Below, one piece after another: positions 19,573 through 30,022 of a stretch of DNA of 64,000 nt. Position 1 is the stretch's first letter, and the number at the start of each line of letters is the position of its first letter. Below the pieces are notes generated by a model. The model was not told the DNA's origin, ran no database searches, and saw only the letters and a program-made list of their open reading frames with translations. The position numbers and the translations under genes were made by a program. Origin of the DNA: Candidatus Pacearchaeota archaeon (lineage in GTDB: Archaea; Nanobdellota; Nanobdellia; Pacearchaeales; GW2011-AR1); assembly GCA_040879765.1 (NCBI GenBank), contig JBBDJQ010000001.1, positions 271,747-335,746 on the forward strand. Reading direction: 5' to 3'.

Positions 19573-21582
19573 ATGTACAAAAGAGGGAGCACATTAAGGG
19601 CAGAGAATGTTGTAACATTTCTTTTAGTTTTGGTCATTGCCGGAATTGCAATTATGACTGTAAATCTTTTTGGGAATGGACTTACAGGTTTGGTTATTGA
19701 GAACCAAGGAAGCCAAGCAGATTTTGATTTTGGAACTTACAACAACACACTTTACGATGGAAGCGCTTTAGTTTTATCAGAGAATGAAACTTCTGGAGAT
19801 TACATCTCTAAACTTTTTGATGGAGGCGAAGACGTAACTTGGAACAGTATTTCTTTCGAAACCTCTGAATTGGATTTTGAATCTTTTGTTTTTGTTGACT
19901 CAGAGTCAGGCTTTTGGAGTTCTTCAGATTCCGGAGTTAATTTCAATCTTTTAAAGAATGATTACAACGATGCAGATTCAGATGGAGCAACTGCCTTGGC
20001 AAAAAATTCTTCAGATTCCTTATTTGTTTTAGATAATCAAGCATTGTGGGTTTCAACTAATTTTGGAAATTCATGGACAAAGGTCAACTCAGATTATAAT
20101 GCAAATGAATCTGATGATGGAAAGGTTATGGAGATAGATTCAAGTGATAATATTTATGTGATTGAATCAGATAATGATATTTGGACCTCAAGCAATGCTG
20201 GAGCTAACTTTACAAAAGTTGATTCGGATTTGAATACAACAATTGTTGCTTTGACTTCTCACTCTGGAACTCTTTTTGCAGTTGACTCAAATTCAGAAGT
20301 TTTGACTTCAAGCAATGCAGGAGTCACTTGGACAAGTGCAAATTCAAACTATGATTCTGGAAATTCAACTGGAGCTGCAGATATATTTGCAGATTCTTCA
20401 GGAAACTTATTCATAATAAATGATGATTTATGGACTTCAAACGATGCAGGAGTCACTTGGACATTGGTTAATAGTGGAATCAACGGGATTACAGGTTATA
20501 CCAGCAATAATATAATTTACGTTATTGATGATTCGGGAGATTTATCTTCTTCAGATAATTCAGGAGTTAACTTCACGCTTGTTTCATCTGATGTTAATTC
20601 TGGAAATGGGCAAATAGTGGGCTTATCTTCGGTAATAGATTCAATCAATTTAGCATTCCAGGTTAAAACTTGTTCAGATGTAAATTGTTCTAACAGTAGT
20701 GGTTTTATTGGTCCTGATGAAACTTCAAACACATTCTACACTTCAGATAGTACATTAAATATAGTTTCACAATATTTCCAATATATGATTTTCTTTTCAG
20801 AAGAGAATCAGAATGTTGAAATTACTGGGGTAAATGTGGAGTATAATTTATTAGTAAATGCGCCACAGATCACCCTCTTCCAACCTACAGATGGAAATTA
20901 TGATCCTACTCAAGAAATTCCTTTGAGCTTTGCAGTTTATGATTATGATGGAGATATAACTTCTTGCTGGTATACTTTGAATGGAGACGCTGACACAGAA
21001 TTGACTAATTGTGATAATTCTTCACTAGATTTAGTTGAATATACCTATGATTTGATTGTTTATGTTGAAGATAGCGAAGGACAACAAGCTTCGGATTCAG
21101 TAACCTTTGTTGTGGATGGAGGAAATGATGAAGATGAAAATATCGATGATGAAGAGGCATCTGCCATCGAATCAGATACCACTGTTGGAGGCGAAGGTGG
21201 AGATCCTGGATCAATAACATTCCCAACAACTTCAAGTTCAGATTCATCTTCAAGTGAAGAAGAAGTTGTGGAAGAAGTTCAGACAGAAGAAGCAGAATCT
21301 TCAGAGACTTCTGATCAAAATGCACAAACCAATCCTTTCATAACTGGATTCGCATTCATGAAAGAATTTGGTGAAAACATTCCGAGAGGAGGATATCTAT
21401 TTGCAGGAATTCTTGCAGTATTATTCGTAGCTTTGGGAGTAAGAAGGGCTTATAAAAGGAATCTTGGTTCTGGACATGGTGTTTTTGGAAGACTTCCAAT
21501 AGTTGAGTTTTTCAAGAGAAAGAGCCCTTCGAAAAAGAAAATTAATGGTTCCTCTTCTTTAAGTAGTGCTGACGGGCCTTAA
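19573..21582 (+). CDS. Cell-surface protein with BNR/Asp-box-like repeats and a C-terminal TM anchor
   Basis: Repeated SxNxGxxWTxVNSD units (SSNAGVTWTSANS, SNDAGVTWTLVNS, STNFGNSWTKVNSD), an acidic linker, and a C-terminal hydrophobic anchor followed by a basic tail. Confidence 0.55.
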   Translation: MYKRGSTLRAENVVTFLLVLVIAGIAIMTVNLFGNGLTGLVIENQGSQADFDFGTYNNTLYDGSALVLSENETSGDYISKLFDGGEDVTWNSISFETSELDFESFVFVDSESGFWSSSDSGVNFNLLKNDYNDADSDGATALAKNSSDSLFVLDNQALWVSTNFGNSWTKVNSDYNANESDDGKVMEIDSSDNIYVIESDNDIWTSSNAGANFTKVDSDLNTTIVALTSHSGTLFAVDSNSEVLTSSNAGVTWTSANSNYDSGNSTGAADIFADSSGNLFIINDDLWTSNDAGVTWTLVNSGINGITGYTSNNIIYVIDDSGDLSSSDNSGVNFTLVSSDVNSGNGQIVGLSSVIDSINLAFQVKTCSDVNCSNSSGFIGPDETSNTFYTSDSTLNIVSQYFQYMIFFSEENQNVEITGVNVEYNLLVNAPQITLFQPTDGNYDPTQEIPLSFAVYDYDGDITSCWYTLNGDADTELTNCDNSSLDLVEYTYDLIVYVEDSEGQQASDSVTFVVDGGNDEDENIDDEEASAIESDTTVGGEGGDPGSITFPTTSSSDSSSSEEEVVEEVQTEEAESSETSDQNAQTNPFITGFAFMKEFGENIPRGGYLFAGILAVLFVALGVRRAYKRNLGSGHGVFGRLPIVEFFKRKSPSKKKINGSSSLSSADGP

Positions 21583-21590
21583 TTTTTATT

Positions 21591-21944
21591 TTAACAATTC
21601 TTGTAAATAATTTTTCCATCTATCCCTATTTCTTCTATTTCTGGATTATGAATCCCTTCACATAAGTAAATTGTATTTTCTGAACCGCCCAATGTGATTT
21701 TTTTTGGGTTTGAAGTTATGGCAAAATGAACCTCATTAGTTGTCCCATATACTTTGAACACTTCATTATATGAATTCTCAACATTTATATTTTCAGAAAT
21801 TCCCCTTAGTTTTATGACTTGTTCAGATTGGCTAAATTCTATTATCTTTCCAGTTGTATTCTCACCAAAGTTTTTTGTTAAGGGTGCAAGAAAAAGAATT
21901 CCTAGAAGCAATGTAAGAAAAAATAATGTTGTTGAAATCTTCAT
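21591..21944 (-). CDS. Small secreted protein
   Basis: Signal peptide MKISTTLFFLTLLLGILFLA. Confidence 0.35.
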   Translation of the reverse strand: MKISTTLFFLTLLLGILFLAPLTKNFGENTTGKIIEFSQSEQVIKLRGISENINVENSYNEVFKVYGTTNEVHFAITSNPKKITLGGSENTIYLCEGIHNPEIEEIGIDGKIIYKNC

Positions 21945-21966
21945 AAGTTAGTTAGGTTTATGAATT

Positions 21967-23382
21967 TTATAAAAGTTTCTTGACCATATAAGGTTCTTTT
22001 ATTTTATATCCTAGTTTCTTATAATACTCTCTAACGCCAATCCCAGATATAACATATAGTTCTTCCATTCCGTATTCTTTGGCAATTTTCTCTGCTTCTT
22101 CCATAAGGATTTTTCCAATCCCTCTATGTTGGGAATCATTTATCTTAGATTTTATTCCTATGTTCAATGCCTGTCCATAAACATGAAGTTCCCTAACCAT
22201 TGCGCGATTAGACATGTGCTTTGCCGATTTATTTTCTATAGAAGATAATTGATTTTCACTATCAAAAATCCTTAATCTTAGGAGCCCAAATAAAATATTG
22301 TCATCATTTATGAATTCAAGAAATAATTCCTTTCCTCCCGATGCTTCATATTCTATTGTTTTTAATTTCACATTTTGATTTATGTCTTTGTTGAATCCAA
22401 CCTCTCGCATCCTAATTTCATTGATTTGTTCCTTATTTTTTCTAAAATCATTTTCTATTTCTTTTCTTATATCTAATCTTTCTAAACCTTCAATTAATTT
22501 TTCCTTTGGAAATTCTCTCATCATTCTCATAACCCTACAATATTCTGGAATTATTTTCATCATTTTAATTAGAATCTCTTGGGTTTGTTTTTCTGAATAA
22601 GGTGTGAATTTTATTAACTTATATGTTTTTGCCAAGGGAGAATCTTCCACAACTTGGCAAGGATATATTTTCAATTGATCTGGACGGAAATCTGGATTAT
22701 CAAATATTTTTTTGAATAATTCAATATCTTTTTTTGGGTTGCTGTATGGAAGTCCAGGCATTATGTGGTAGCCCAATTTGAATCCTGCATCTTTGAGATT
22801 TTTTGTTGCTTCAATAACCTCTTTAACTGTATGCCCTCTGTTTGTTTTCCTATATAATTCATCATCGGGCATTTGAACACCTATCTCTACACGGGTACAC
22901 CCAAACTCAAGCATCCTTTCTATTTCTTCTTTAGAACAGTTGTCTGGACGATTTTCTATGCACATTGCGACACATCTGTGCTTTGCTGTTTCGTTTATTT
23001 TTTTTGCTTCTTTAAGATTTTTTGAATCACAATCATTCAATGCATCATAACATCTTTTTATGAAATTATATTGATATTCTAAAGGATATTGTAAAAATGT
23101 GCCGCCGAGAACTATTAACTCTATTTTATCTGTTTGGTGGTTCATTTTATCTAGAACTCCTAATCTATTTTTTACCTGCTCGTATGGGTCGAATTGAAGG
23201 GCAAGAGCACGCATTATTGCTGGGCTTTTGTTTGTATAGCTTTGAGGCACAAAATCTCCCCCGGGACAATAAATACATGTTCCGTGGTCGCATTTTCTTG
23301 GCTCTAAAACTACGGTTAAAGGAGTAACTCCAGAAACTGATCTTACGGGTTTTCTGACAAACTTTTTTTCTTGATTTTCCAT
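21967..23382 (-). CDS. elp3: Elp3-type radical SAM / GNAT tRNA-modification enzyme
   Basis: Radical SAM cluster CDHGTCIYCPGG and a C-terminal GNAT region (RGIGKILMEEAEKIAKEYG). Confidence 0.85.
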   Translation of the reverse strand: MENQEKKFVRKPVRSVSGVTPLTVVLEPRKCDHGTCIYCPGGDFVPQSYTNKSPAIMRALALQFDPYEQVKNRLGVLDKMNHQTDKIELIVLGGTFLQYPLEYQYNFIKRCYDALNDCDSKNLKEAKKINETAKHRCVAMCIENRPDNCSKEEIERMLEFGCTRVEIGVQMPDDELYRKTNRGHTVKEVIEATKNLKDAGFKLGYHIMPGLPYSNPKKDIELFKKIFDNPDFRPDQLKIYPCQVVEDSPLAKTYKLIKFTPYSEKQTQEILIKMMKIIPEYCRVMRMMREFPKEKLIEGLERLDIRKEIENDFRKNKEQINEIRMREVGFNKDINQNVKLKTIEYEASGGKELFLEFINDDNILFGLLRLRIFDSENQLSSIENKSAKHMSNRAMVRELHVYGQALNIGIKSKINDSQHRGIGKILMEEAEKIAKEYGMEELYVISGIGVREYYKKLGYKIKEPYMVKKLL

Positions 23383-23429
23383 GTTATTTTTATAAGAAAG
23401 GGTTTTAAATTGTTTTTCTATTTAATCTT

Positions 23430-24059
23430 ATGGACCAAAAAGAAGTTTGGAATCAAGTTGCAGAACCTTGGAAAATTTTTAGAGTTAATCCAGATAAAGA
23501 AGTTATCAACTTTTTAAAAAATAAGAAGGGTAAAATTTTAGATTTGGCTTGTGGAAGCGGGAGGAATTTTGTAAAATCTGATGAAATCAAATTATATGCT
23601 GTTGATTTTTCTTCTAAAATGTTGGAATATGCAAAAGACTATGTTAAGAAGAATAACCTAGAGGCTGAAATTTTTGAATCTTCTGCGGAAAAACTTCCCT
23701 TTGAAAATAATTTTTTTGATTATGCAATTTTTATAAGGGCTTTACATTGCATAGATTATGAAGAAAAGAGAAAGCGAGCTTTGGAAGAGCTTTATAGGGT
23801 TCTGAAACCAAATGCTGAGATTTTGATAAGTGTTTGGAATAAAGACCAAGAGAGGTTTAAGAATTCTGGAAAAGAAGAGTTTATTCCTTGGAAACACGAA
23901 GGTGAGGAATTTATGAGGTATTATTATTTGTATGAAGAAGATGAATTTTTGAATTTGCTGAGAGAAGTTGGCTTTGAAATTTTAAAAGTTGGTTCTGAAG
24001 AGATAGAGGGCTTTAATTCTAAGAAGAATATAGTTGCTGTTGTTAGGAAGCCAAATTAA
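23430..24059 (+). CDS. Class I SAM-dependent methyltransferase
   Basis: Motif I ILDLACGSGRN. Confidence 0.75.
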   Translation: MDQKEVWNQVAEPWKIFRVNPDKEVINFLKNKKGKILDLACGSGRNFVKSDEIKLYAVDFSSKMLEYAKDYVKKNNLEAEIFESSAEKLPFENNFFDYAIFIRALHCIDYEEKRKRALEELYRVLKPNAEILISVWNKDQERFKNSGKEEFIPWKHEGEEFMRYYYLYEEDEFLNLLREVGFEILKVGSEEIEGFNSKKNIVAVVRKPN

Positions 24060-24562
24060 TCTTTTTTCTTACTTGAAATTTTGACCATATCAAATAATGA
24101 TTTTTTTTCTAAATCAAGAACTTTTTTATTTTTCAAATCAATTTCAAATTTTATCATTCCTAGCATTGGAATAAATGCTGTGCCAAAAATGAATGGTTTC
24201 CCTTCTCTGCTTTGTAGGGAAAATATAAGTTTCTGGATTTTAGTTTTTATTTGCTTTTTTTCCATTTCCTCCAAAACTAATTTTTCAATTTGATTAAAAT
24301 CCATTTCAACTTTCTGAGAAACTTCTAAAGGTTTTTCTTCAAAATCTTCTAATGGGATCATTTTTCCATTTTCTCCTAAATCAAATGAAAATACTTTCTC
24401 TTTTTCAGGAGAGAAAAAATCTAAATGTATTTTTTCACCTTGCTTCTCTTCTTTTGGAACTACGAAAAATCCTGAGCATAAAAATGCTTTAGGATTTTTT
24501 TTCAAAAAGTTCTTGAACGAATCTGTGTTTCGAAGTTTTTCTAAATAGAATTGTAGATTCAT
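24056..24562 (-). CDS. Hypothetical protein
   Basis: ORF only; overlaps its neighbours by 4 nt. Confidence 0.35.
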   Translation of the reverse strand: MNLQFYLEKLRNTDSFKNFLKKNPKAFLCSGFFVVPKEEKQGEKIHLDFFSPEKEKVFSFDLGENGKMIPLEDFEEKPLEVSQKVEMDFNQIEKLVLEEMEKKQIKTKIQKLIFSLQSREGKPFIFGTAFIPMLGMIKFEIDLKNKKVLDLEKKSLFDMVKISSKKKD

Positions 24563-25857
24563 TTTCTTTCTCTAATTTCTTCATCTAATTTTTTTACAAA
24601 TTCATCAAACTTAAAGTTCTGTATTTTTTTATCCCCCTTAACTCTTACTGGAATTGTATTGGTTTTTTCTTCTTTATTACCAATTAATATTATATATGGA
24701 ATTTTCATTTCTTCTGCATCACGGATTTTTCCCTGTATTTTTGAATTTTTAAAATCAAAACCTATTCTTAGACCAGGAATTTTTTCTTTTAATATTTTGA
24801 TCATTTTTTCACAAAATTTAATGCTGTCTTCAGTGAAGCTTATTATTCTCACTTGCTCTGGCGAAAGCCAAGTTTTTAATCTGCCTTGATTTTGCTCAAG
24901 CAGGACTGAAATTACTCTTTCAAGGGCTCCAACAGATGAGCGATGTATGACCATTGCTCTTTTCATTTCATTATGTTTATCTTTGTATTCAAGGTTGAAT
25001 CTTTCCGGCATTGAGAAATCAAGCTGTATTGTAAAAAGAGTATCTTCCTTTCCATAAATATCCTTATATTGAAAATCTAATTTTGGGCCGTATATTGCAG
25101 CTTCTCCAACTCCTTCAATAAATTTTATTTTTAGTTTATTTAGAATACTTCTCATTGTTGCTTGAGAAGATTCCCAAGCTTTATCATTATCAATATACTT
25201 TCCTTTATTTTTAGAGTCCCATGTTGAAAACCTGTACCACACATCTTTTATTCCAAGTTTCTTCATTGAGAATTTGATTAATTCCAAAGCATTTTTAAAT
25301 TCATCTTCTAGCTGTTCTTCGGTACAAATTATATGGGCGTCTGCAAGTGAGAATTGCCTTACTCTGGTTAAACCTCGTAATTCTCCTGATTGTTCGTTTC
25401 TGAATAAGTTGGATATTTCTGCATATCTTAATGGAAGGTCTTTGTAGCTTCTTGGTTTTCTTTTGTAGAGGACAAAATGAAATGGACAGGTTACAGGTCT
25501 TAATGCAAAGTCTTCATTTTTAATTTTAAATGTGATCATGTCTTCCTTAAAATGCTCCCAGTGCCCTGAAATTTTAAACAGATCTGCTTTTGCTATAACT
25601 GGTGTTGTTGTGTAAAGGTACCCTCTTGAGATTTCTTCATCTGTGATGAATCTTTCTATTTCTCTTCTTATTACTGTTCCTCTGGGAGTTAATAATGGAA
25701 GTCCGTGCCCAATAACCTCATTTACTATATATAAATCAAGTTCTCTGCCAAGCTCAATATTACTTTTTAGATTATCTTTTCCTCTTTGAGAAGACATTTT
25801 TACCTTAGAAATTTTCTTCAGAAGTTTTTTGTAATCTTCACTATTCTGACTGTTCAT
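24559..25857 (-). CDS. thrS: Threonyl-tRNA synthetase, catalytic-core type (no N-terminal editing domain)
   Basis: Class II motifs: RVRQFSLADAHIIC (compare FTQDDAHIFC) and motif 3 HRSSVGALERVISVLLE...WLSPEQVRII. Confidence 0.75.
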   Translation of the reverse strand: MNSQNSEDYKKLLKKISKVKMSSQRGKDNLKSNIELGRELDLYIVNEVIGHGLPLLTPRGTVIRREIERFITDEEISRGYLYTTTPVIAKADLFKISGHWEHFKEDMITFKIKNEDFALRPVTCPFHFVLYKRKPRSYKDLPLRYAEISNLFRNEQSGELRGLTRVRQFSLADAHIICTEEQLEDEFKNALELIKFSMKKLGIKDVWYRFSTWDSKNKGKYIDNDKAWESSQATMRSILNKLKIKFIEGVGEAAIYGPKLDFQYKDIYGKEDTLFTIQLDFSMPERFNLEYKDKHNEMKRAMVIHRSSVGALERVISVLLEQNQGRLKTWLSPEQVRIISFTEDSIKFCEKMIKILKEKIPGLRIGFDFKNSKIQGKIRDAEEMKIPYIILIGNKEEKTNTIPVRVKGDKKIQNFKFDEFVKKLDEEIRERK

Positions 25858-25887
25858 TTAAGTAAACGACATGGAATGTTTATAAAA

Positions 25888-26997
25888 TTAATCTATTAAA
25901 TATTTGTGCAATTGTTTTCTTGCTTTGATTTTTTTCTTTCTATGTTCTTTTAGGAAAGCATTTATTTTTTCAATCAGGATTTCTTTTAGTTCTCCTGTTA
26001 GTAAAATCCCCTCTTTGTAAGAATTATAAATTTCTTGGAGTTTCTTATCATCTTCTTCAAATAAAAATTTAAGATACTGGAATGAAACATCATTTTCAGG
26101 AACTCCCCCTTTTTCTCTATGCTCTTTCAAAGTTTCTCTCCCCCCAGAGAAGGCGTATTTTTTTATTTTTCTTTCAATTTCTTTTTCTGAATCGTCAAAT
26201 GAAATGTAACTTTCTTTATCTGATGATGACATTTTTGAATTAACCCCTTTCAATCCTGGAATAAGTTTGTTGAAGGTAAAACCTGGCATCTGAAATTTCA
26301 TTCTTGAAGCAATGTCTCTTGTGAAATTTGCATGAGGTAATTGGTCAAAGCCAACTGGAGTTATTGTCACTTTGAACCCATCTAATTGGGGATAAAGAAT
26401 ATCTGCAACTTGTGTTAAAGCAGAAGTGAACTTACCAGGATTTAACTCCCCGTAAATATTTTTTATTTCGTTAAAAGTTGTTTTTCCCGAGGATAATTTA
26501 CTAAGATTCATATATTCTTTTGTATTTTTTTTTGGACCCTCTGATTGAAAATAAAACTCCAAATTTTTATCTGAAAGTCCGAGAGCAATATAATTAAGCA
26601 GATATTCTTCAATTGCAATTTTCCTAGTTTCTTCTATGGTTAGGTTCCTTGTTAGTTGCGCCTCAATGTCTGCAACAGCCAAATAAACCTTGGCCCCAAG
26701 TTTTTGATAATAGATAACTTGATTTATTACAGACATGTGCCCTAAATGAAAAGATCCAGAAGGCATCAATCCCGTCATAACTGCAAATTTTTTTCTTCTA
26801 TTTATTGCTTCCAAAGTTTTGTTGAAATCTTTATGACCCAAAATTAAACCTCTCTTTATTTCTAGGGGGGCATTCTTTAATTTTGTTGAATATTTTGAAA
26901 AATCTGAAACACCTAAATTTTCCATTAGATCTCCATAGTTCTTGACTTCCTTGACTTCCCAAGGATTTAGGTTGGAATCATCATTTTTTCCCATCAT
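25888..26997 (-). CDS. trpS: Class I aminoacyl-tRNA synthetase, TrpRS (TyrRS is the alternative)
   Basis: HIGH motif (PSGSFHLGH) and KMSSS. A length of 369 aa and VAVADIEA favour archaeal TrpRS, but KMSSS also occurs in TyrRS. Confidence 0.55.
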   Translation of the reverse strand: MMGKNDDSNLNPWEVKEVKNYGDLMENLGVSDFSKYSTKLKNAPLEIKRGLILGHKDFNKTLEAINRRKKFAVMTGLMPSGSFHLGHMSVINQVIYYQKLGAKVYLAVADIEAQLTRNLTIEETRKIAIEEYLLNYIALGLSDKNLEFYFQSEGPKKNTKEYMNLSKLSSGKTTFNEIKNIYGELNPGKFTSALTQVADILYPQLDGFKVTITPVGFDQLPHANFTRDIASRMKFQMPGFTFNKLIPGLKGVNSKMSSSDKESYISFDDSEKEIERKIKKYAFSGGRETLKEHREKGGVPENDVSFQYLKFLFEEDDKKLQEIYNSYKEGILLTGELKEILIEKINAFLKEHRKKKIKARKQLHKYLID

Positions 26998-27103
26998 TTG
27001 TCTATTAGGCTAGTGATATTTTTAAAACTTTAGAGCATTTTATTTGCTAACTAGTATTAAAAAATGAACAAATATTTATAAATAAGTTTCATCTAACTTT
27101 CCT

Positions 27104-29200
27104 ATGAGGTGGAGGATATTTGCATTGTTTTTTGCATTACTGTTTGTGCCATTTTTGAGTGCAGATATAATAATTAGCCAGCAGCCTTTAGAAATTTATA
27201 ATTTAGGTGATATCCTTGAAACTTCTGTCACTTTGACGACAAATGAAGGTATTTATGATTTTTTGCAAATTTCAATTCTTTGTAATAATCATGAAGAAAG
27301 ATTACCAAAAGAGCAAATTAATTTACAAGCAAACAATCAAATAGTAATAGAAAAATCAATTTTTCTGATAAAGAAGTTTATTGGAAGTTCTTTGGGAGTT
27401 TGTCAAATTAAGGCATCTCTTGATGATTCTCCTCAACAAGTTGTTTTTTCTAATGATTTTGAGATTTCAAATAATCTTGTCATAAAATCTGAGATTGAAG
27501 ATAAGCAATATGGGCCAGGAGAGAAAGTTTTAGTTAAAGGAACGGCTACAAAAGCAAATGGAAAACCTGTTGAAGGACTTATTAATTTGAGTTTGTCCTT
27601 TGGGATTCAAAAAGGAAACTTGTCTGAAAAGAGAACTTATCAAGGAACCATAAATAACGGGCATTTTTCTGTAGAATTAGATTTGAATAAGCAATTGGAG
27701 GCTGGAGTTTATACTTTGAATATGGATGGCTATGAGAGAGATCCTTTAGATGTGATTACTAATATAGGTTCAGATAGCCAGGAAATAGTTGTTAAACAAA
27801 TCCCTACAAGTTTGGGCGTTGTCTTTGAAACTCCAGAGGTTTCTCCAGGGACTAATGTTAGGGTTAAAGGAATTCTTTATGACCAATCTGGAGAGAAAAT
27901 AGAATCAATGGTGATTTTAACAATAAAAGATAGGAACAATAAAATTTTAGAGCAAATTGAATTAGGAACTGATGAGTTTTTTGAGTACCCTATAGCCTAT
28001 AATCAAGTTCCTGAAGAATGGTCTGCTGTTGCAGTTTCAAATAAACTAACTTCCGAAGGTAAATTCAATATAATTGAAAAAGAAGATGTGGATGTTAAAA
28101 TTGCAAATGAAACTTTGATTTTGAAAAACCTTGGAAATATTTTTTACAATAAAACTTTATTGATTAAGCTTGGAGATGAGACAATAAATCTAAATCCTTT
28201 TTTAGAGGTGGATGAGACTAAAAAATATTCTTTGAGTGCTCCTGATGGAGAATATGAGTTGTCTGTTATTTCTCCAGATGGAGAGAATAAAATCACAGGA
28301 AACTTTGTTCTAACTGGAAAATCTGTGAGTGTTAAGGAGATTTCTGATTTCGGGATTGTTTTTGTTTACCCTTTAGCTTGGATTTTTATTTTCTTAGTTC
28401 TTGGATTCATGGGCTATATGGTTTATAGGAAAGGATGGAAGAATACAATTTTGGGTAAACTTAATTTTAGAAGACACGAGAATTCTTCTAAAGAAGACGT
28501 AGTTGAAATTCCTTCTGAAAAAAAAGGACATCATGAAGAGAAGTATCATCATATGAGCAAAGATACTAATTTGATAAAGGATTCAAGAATGAAGGCAGAA
28601 ATGTCGCTTTCAATGAAGGGGCACAAACAAAAAGCAGATTTGATTAATTTCAAGATAAGGAATTTTTCAGAAGTTAAACATAATGAAAAAATTGTTGAAG
28701 ATATTATTGGTAAAATAGTTGATATTGCTGAAGAAAATCATGCACATATTTATGAAAACCAGGGAAATATCTTTTTTATATTTGCACCAATTGTCACAAA
28801 GACTTTCAAAAATGAAAGAAGAGCTTTGAAAGTTTCATATAAATTATTAGAACTTGTTAAAGGCCACAATAAACTTTCAAAGCAAAAGATTAAATTCGGA
28901 ATTAGTATAAATTCTGGAGATTTGATGGTTTCTTTGGAAAATAAAAATATTCTAAAATTTATGGCTTTTGGTCATTTGTTGCTTGACTCTAAGAGACTTG
29001 CTTCTATTTCAGAAGGTGAGGAAGTCTATTTGAGCAAATCTGTGAAAGAAGCAATAATGTCTGGAGTAAAAACTAAGAAAGTAGAATCTGGAAATGTGGA
29101 AGCTTACTTGGTTGAAGAAATTAAGAAAGATAATCCTGAAGAACACAAAAAATTTCTAAGCGAATTTGTTAAGAGACTGGATAAGGATAAGAAAAATTAA
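27104..29200 (+). CDS. Large membrane protein: signal peptide, extracellular beta-rich region, one TM helix, and a cytoplasmic C-terminal domain
   Basis: Signal MRWRIFALFFALLFVPFLSA, TM helix FGIVFVYPLAWIFIFLVLGFMGYMVY, and an uncharacterised C-terminal domain of about 250 aa. Confidence 0.45.
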   Translation: MRWRIFALFFALLFVPFLSADIIISQQPLEIYNLGDILETSVTLTTNEGIYDFLQISILCNNHEERLPKEQINLQANNQIVIEKSIFLIKKFIGSSLGVCQIKASLDDSPQQVVFSNDFEISNNLVIKSEIEDKQYGPGEKVLVKGTATKANGKPVEGLINLSLSFGIQKGNLSEKRTYQGTINNGHFSVELDLNKQLEAGVYTLNMDGYERDPLDVITNIGSDSQEIVVKQIPTSLGVVFETPEVSPGTNVRVKGILYDQSGEKIESMVILTIKDRNNKILEQIELGTDEFFEYPIAYNQVPEEWSAVAVSNKLTSEGKFNIIEKEDVDVKIANETLILKNLGNIFYNKTLLIKLGDETINLNPFLEVDETKKYSLSAPDGEYELSVISPDGENKITGNFVLTGKSVSVKEISDFGIVFVYPLAWIFIFLVLGFMGYMVYRKGWKNTILGKLNFRRHENSSKEDVVEIPSEKKGHHEEKYHHMSKDTNLIKDSRMKAEMSLSMKGHKQKADLINFKIRNFSEVKHNEKIVEDIIGKIVDIAEENHAHIYENQGNIFFIFAPIVTKTFKNERRALKVSYKLLELVKGHNKLSKQKIKFGISINSGDLMVSLENKNILKFMAFGHLLLDSKRLASISEGEEVYLSKSVKEAIMSGVKTKKVESGNVEAYLVEEIKKDNPEEHKKFLSEFVKRLDKDKKN

Positions 29201-29202
29201 AT

Positions 29203-30003
29203 TTACTTTTTTATTTTAACTGAACTCATTGAAGTTGTTTTCGTTCTTAAGTTATTTATTTTTTGAAGGAAGAAATTTCCTAAATTAAAGAATTTAATAA
29301 GGAATCCAAAGATAGATAAAGAAATTCCTAATATGAACATGATTCTAAAGACAAAACCAGATTCGGAAAAAAGCAAAGGAATTATGGCTAATATGAAATT
29401 ATCAAATATCCCTGAGAATTTTTCAATTAATAAAAGTGGCAATGAGGAAATGATTATTGTAAGTCCTAAGAATCCAAATATGTCAAATTTATTTTCCATC
29501 AATAAAAAGATTATTACCGAAAGAATTATTGAGATTATTAATGTGGAGTAAAATTTGCTTTTCCATTCTTGCTTTGCTTCTTCTGTGAAAAGATAGGCTG
29601 GGTTTTTTTCTTTAAATAGGCACTTTATTATTGAATCACAGTCATATTCCTGTGCATAAGACTCATCAACTATGTCTCTAATACTTTCTTCTATTATTGC
29701 TTCTTTACCTTCTTCAACAACTTCGCAGGGGATGTCAATTATGTATCCTTCTTGAGAAAAGATAAATTCATCATTTATTTTACAATGTTCTTCTAAAACC
29801 GGAATAATTTCATCTATTTTACCATCAATTCCATCAAGGATTATTTCTTCTGTTTGCGTGCTAATTTCTTCTTTTAAATTTTCTTGATTTGCTGAAAGGC
29901 TCAACGTAAGGAAGATATTTCCCGCAGTTAATGAAAAGATTAAGAGTACTCCTAGGAAAAAAATTAAGCCTCCTTTTATCAATCCCATCAATTTTTGAAA
30001 CAA
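29203..30003 (-). CDS. Membrane protein
   Basis: Several hydrophobic helices. Confidence 0.35.
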   Translation of the reverse strand: MFQKLMGLIKGGLIFFLGVLLIFSLTAGNIFLTLSLSANQENLKEEISTQTEEIILDGIDGKIDEIIPVLEEHCKINDEFIFSQEGYIIDIPCEVVEEGKEAIIEESIRDIVDESYAQEYDCDSIIKCLFKEKNPAYLFTEEAKQEWKSKFYSTLIISIILSVIIFLLMENKFDIFGFLGLTIIISSLPLLLIEKFSGIFDNFILAIIPLLFSESGFVFRIMFILGISLSIFGFLIKFFNLGNFFLQKINNLRTKTTSMSSVKIKK

Positions 30004-30022
30004 ATCTTGTTTATAAAATTAA

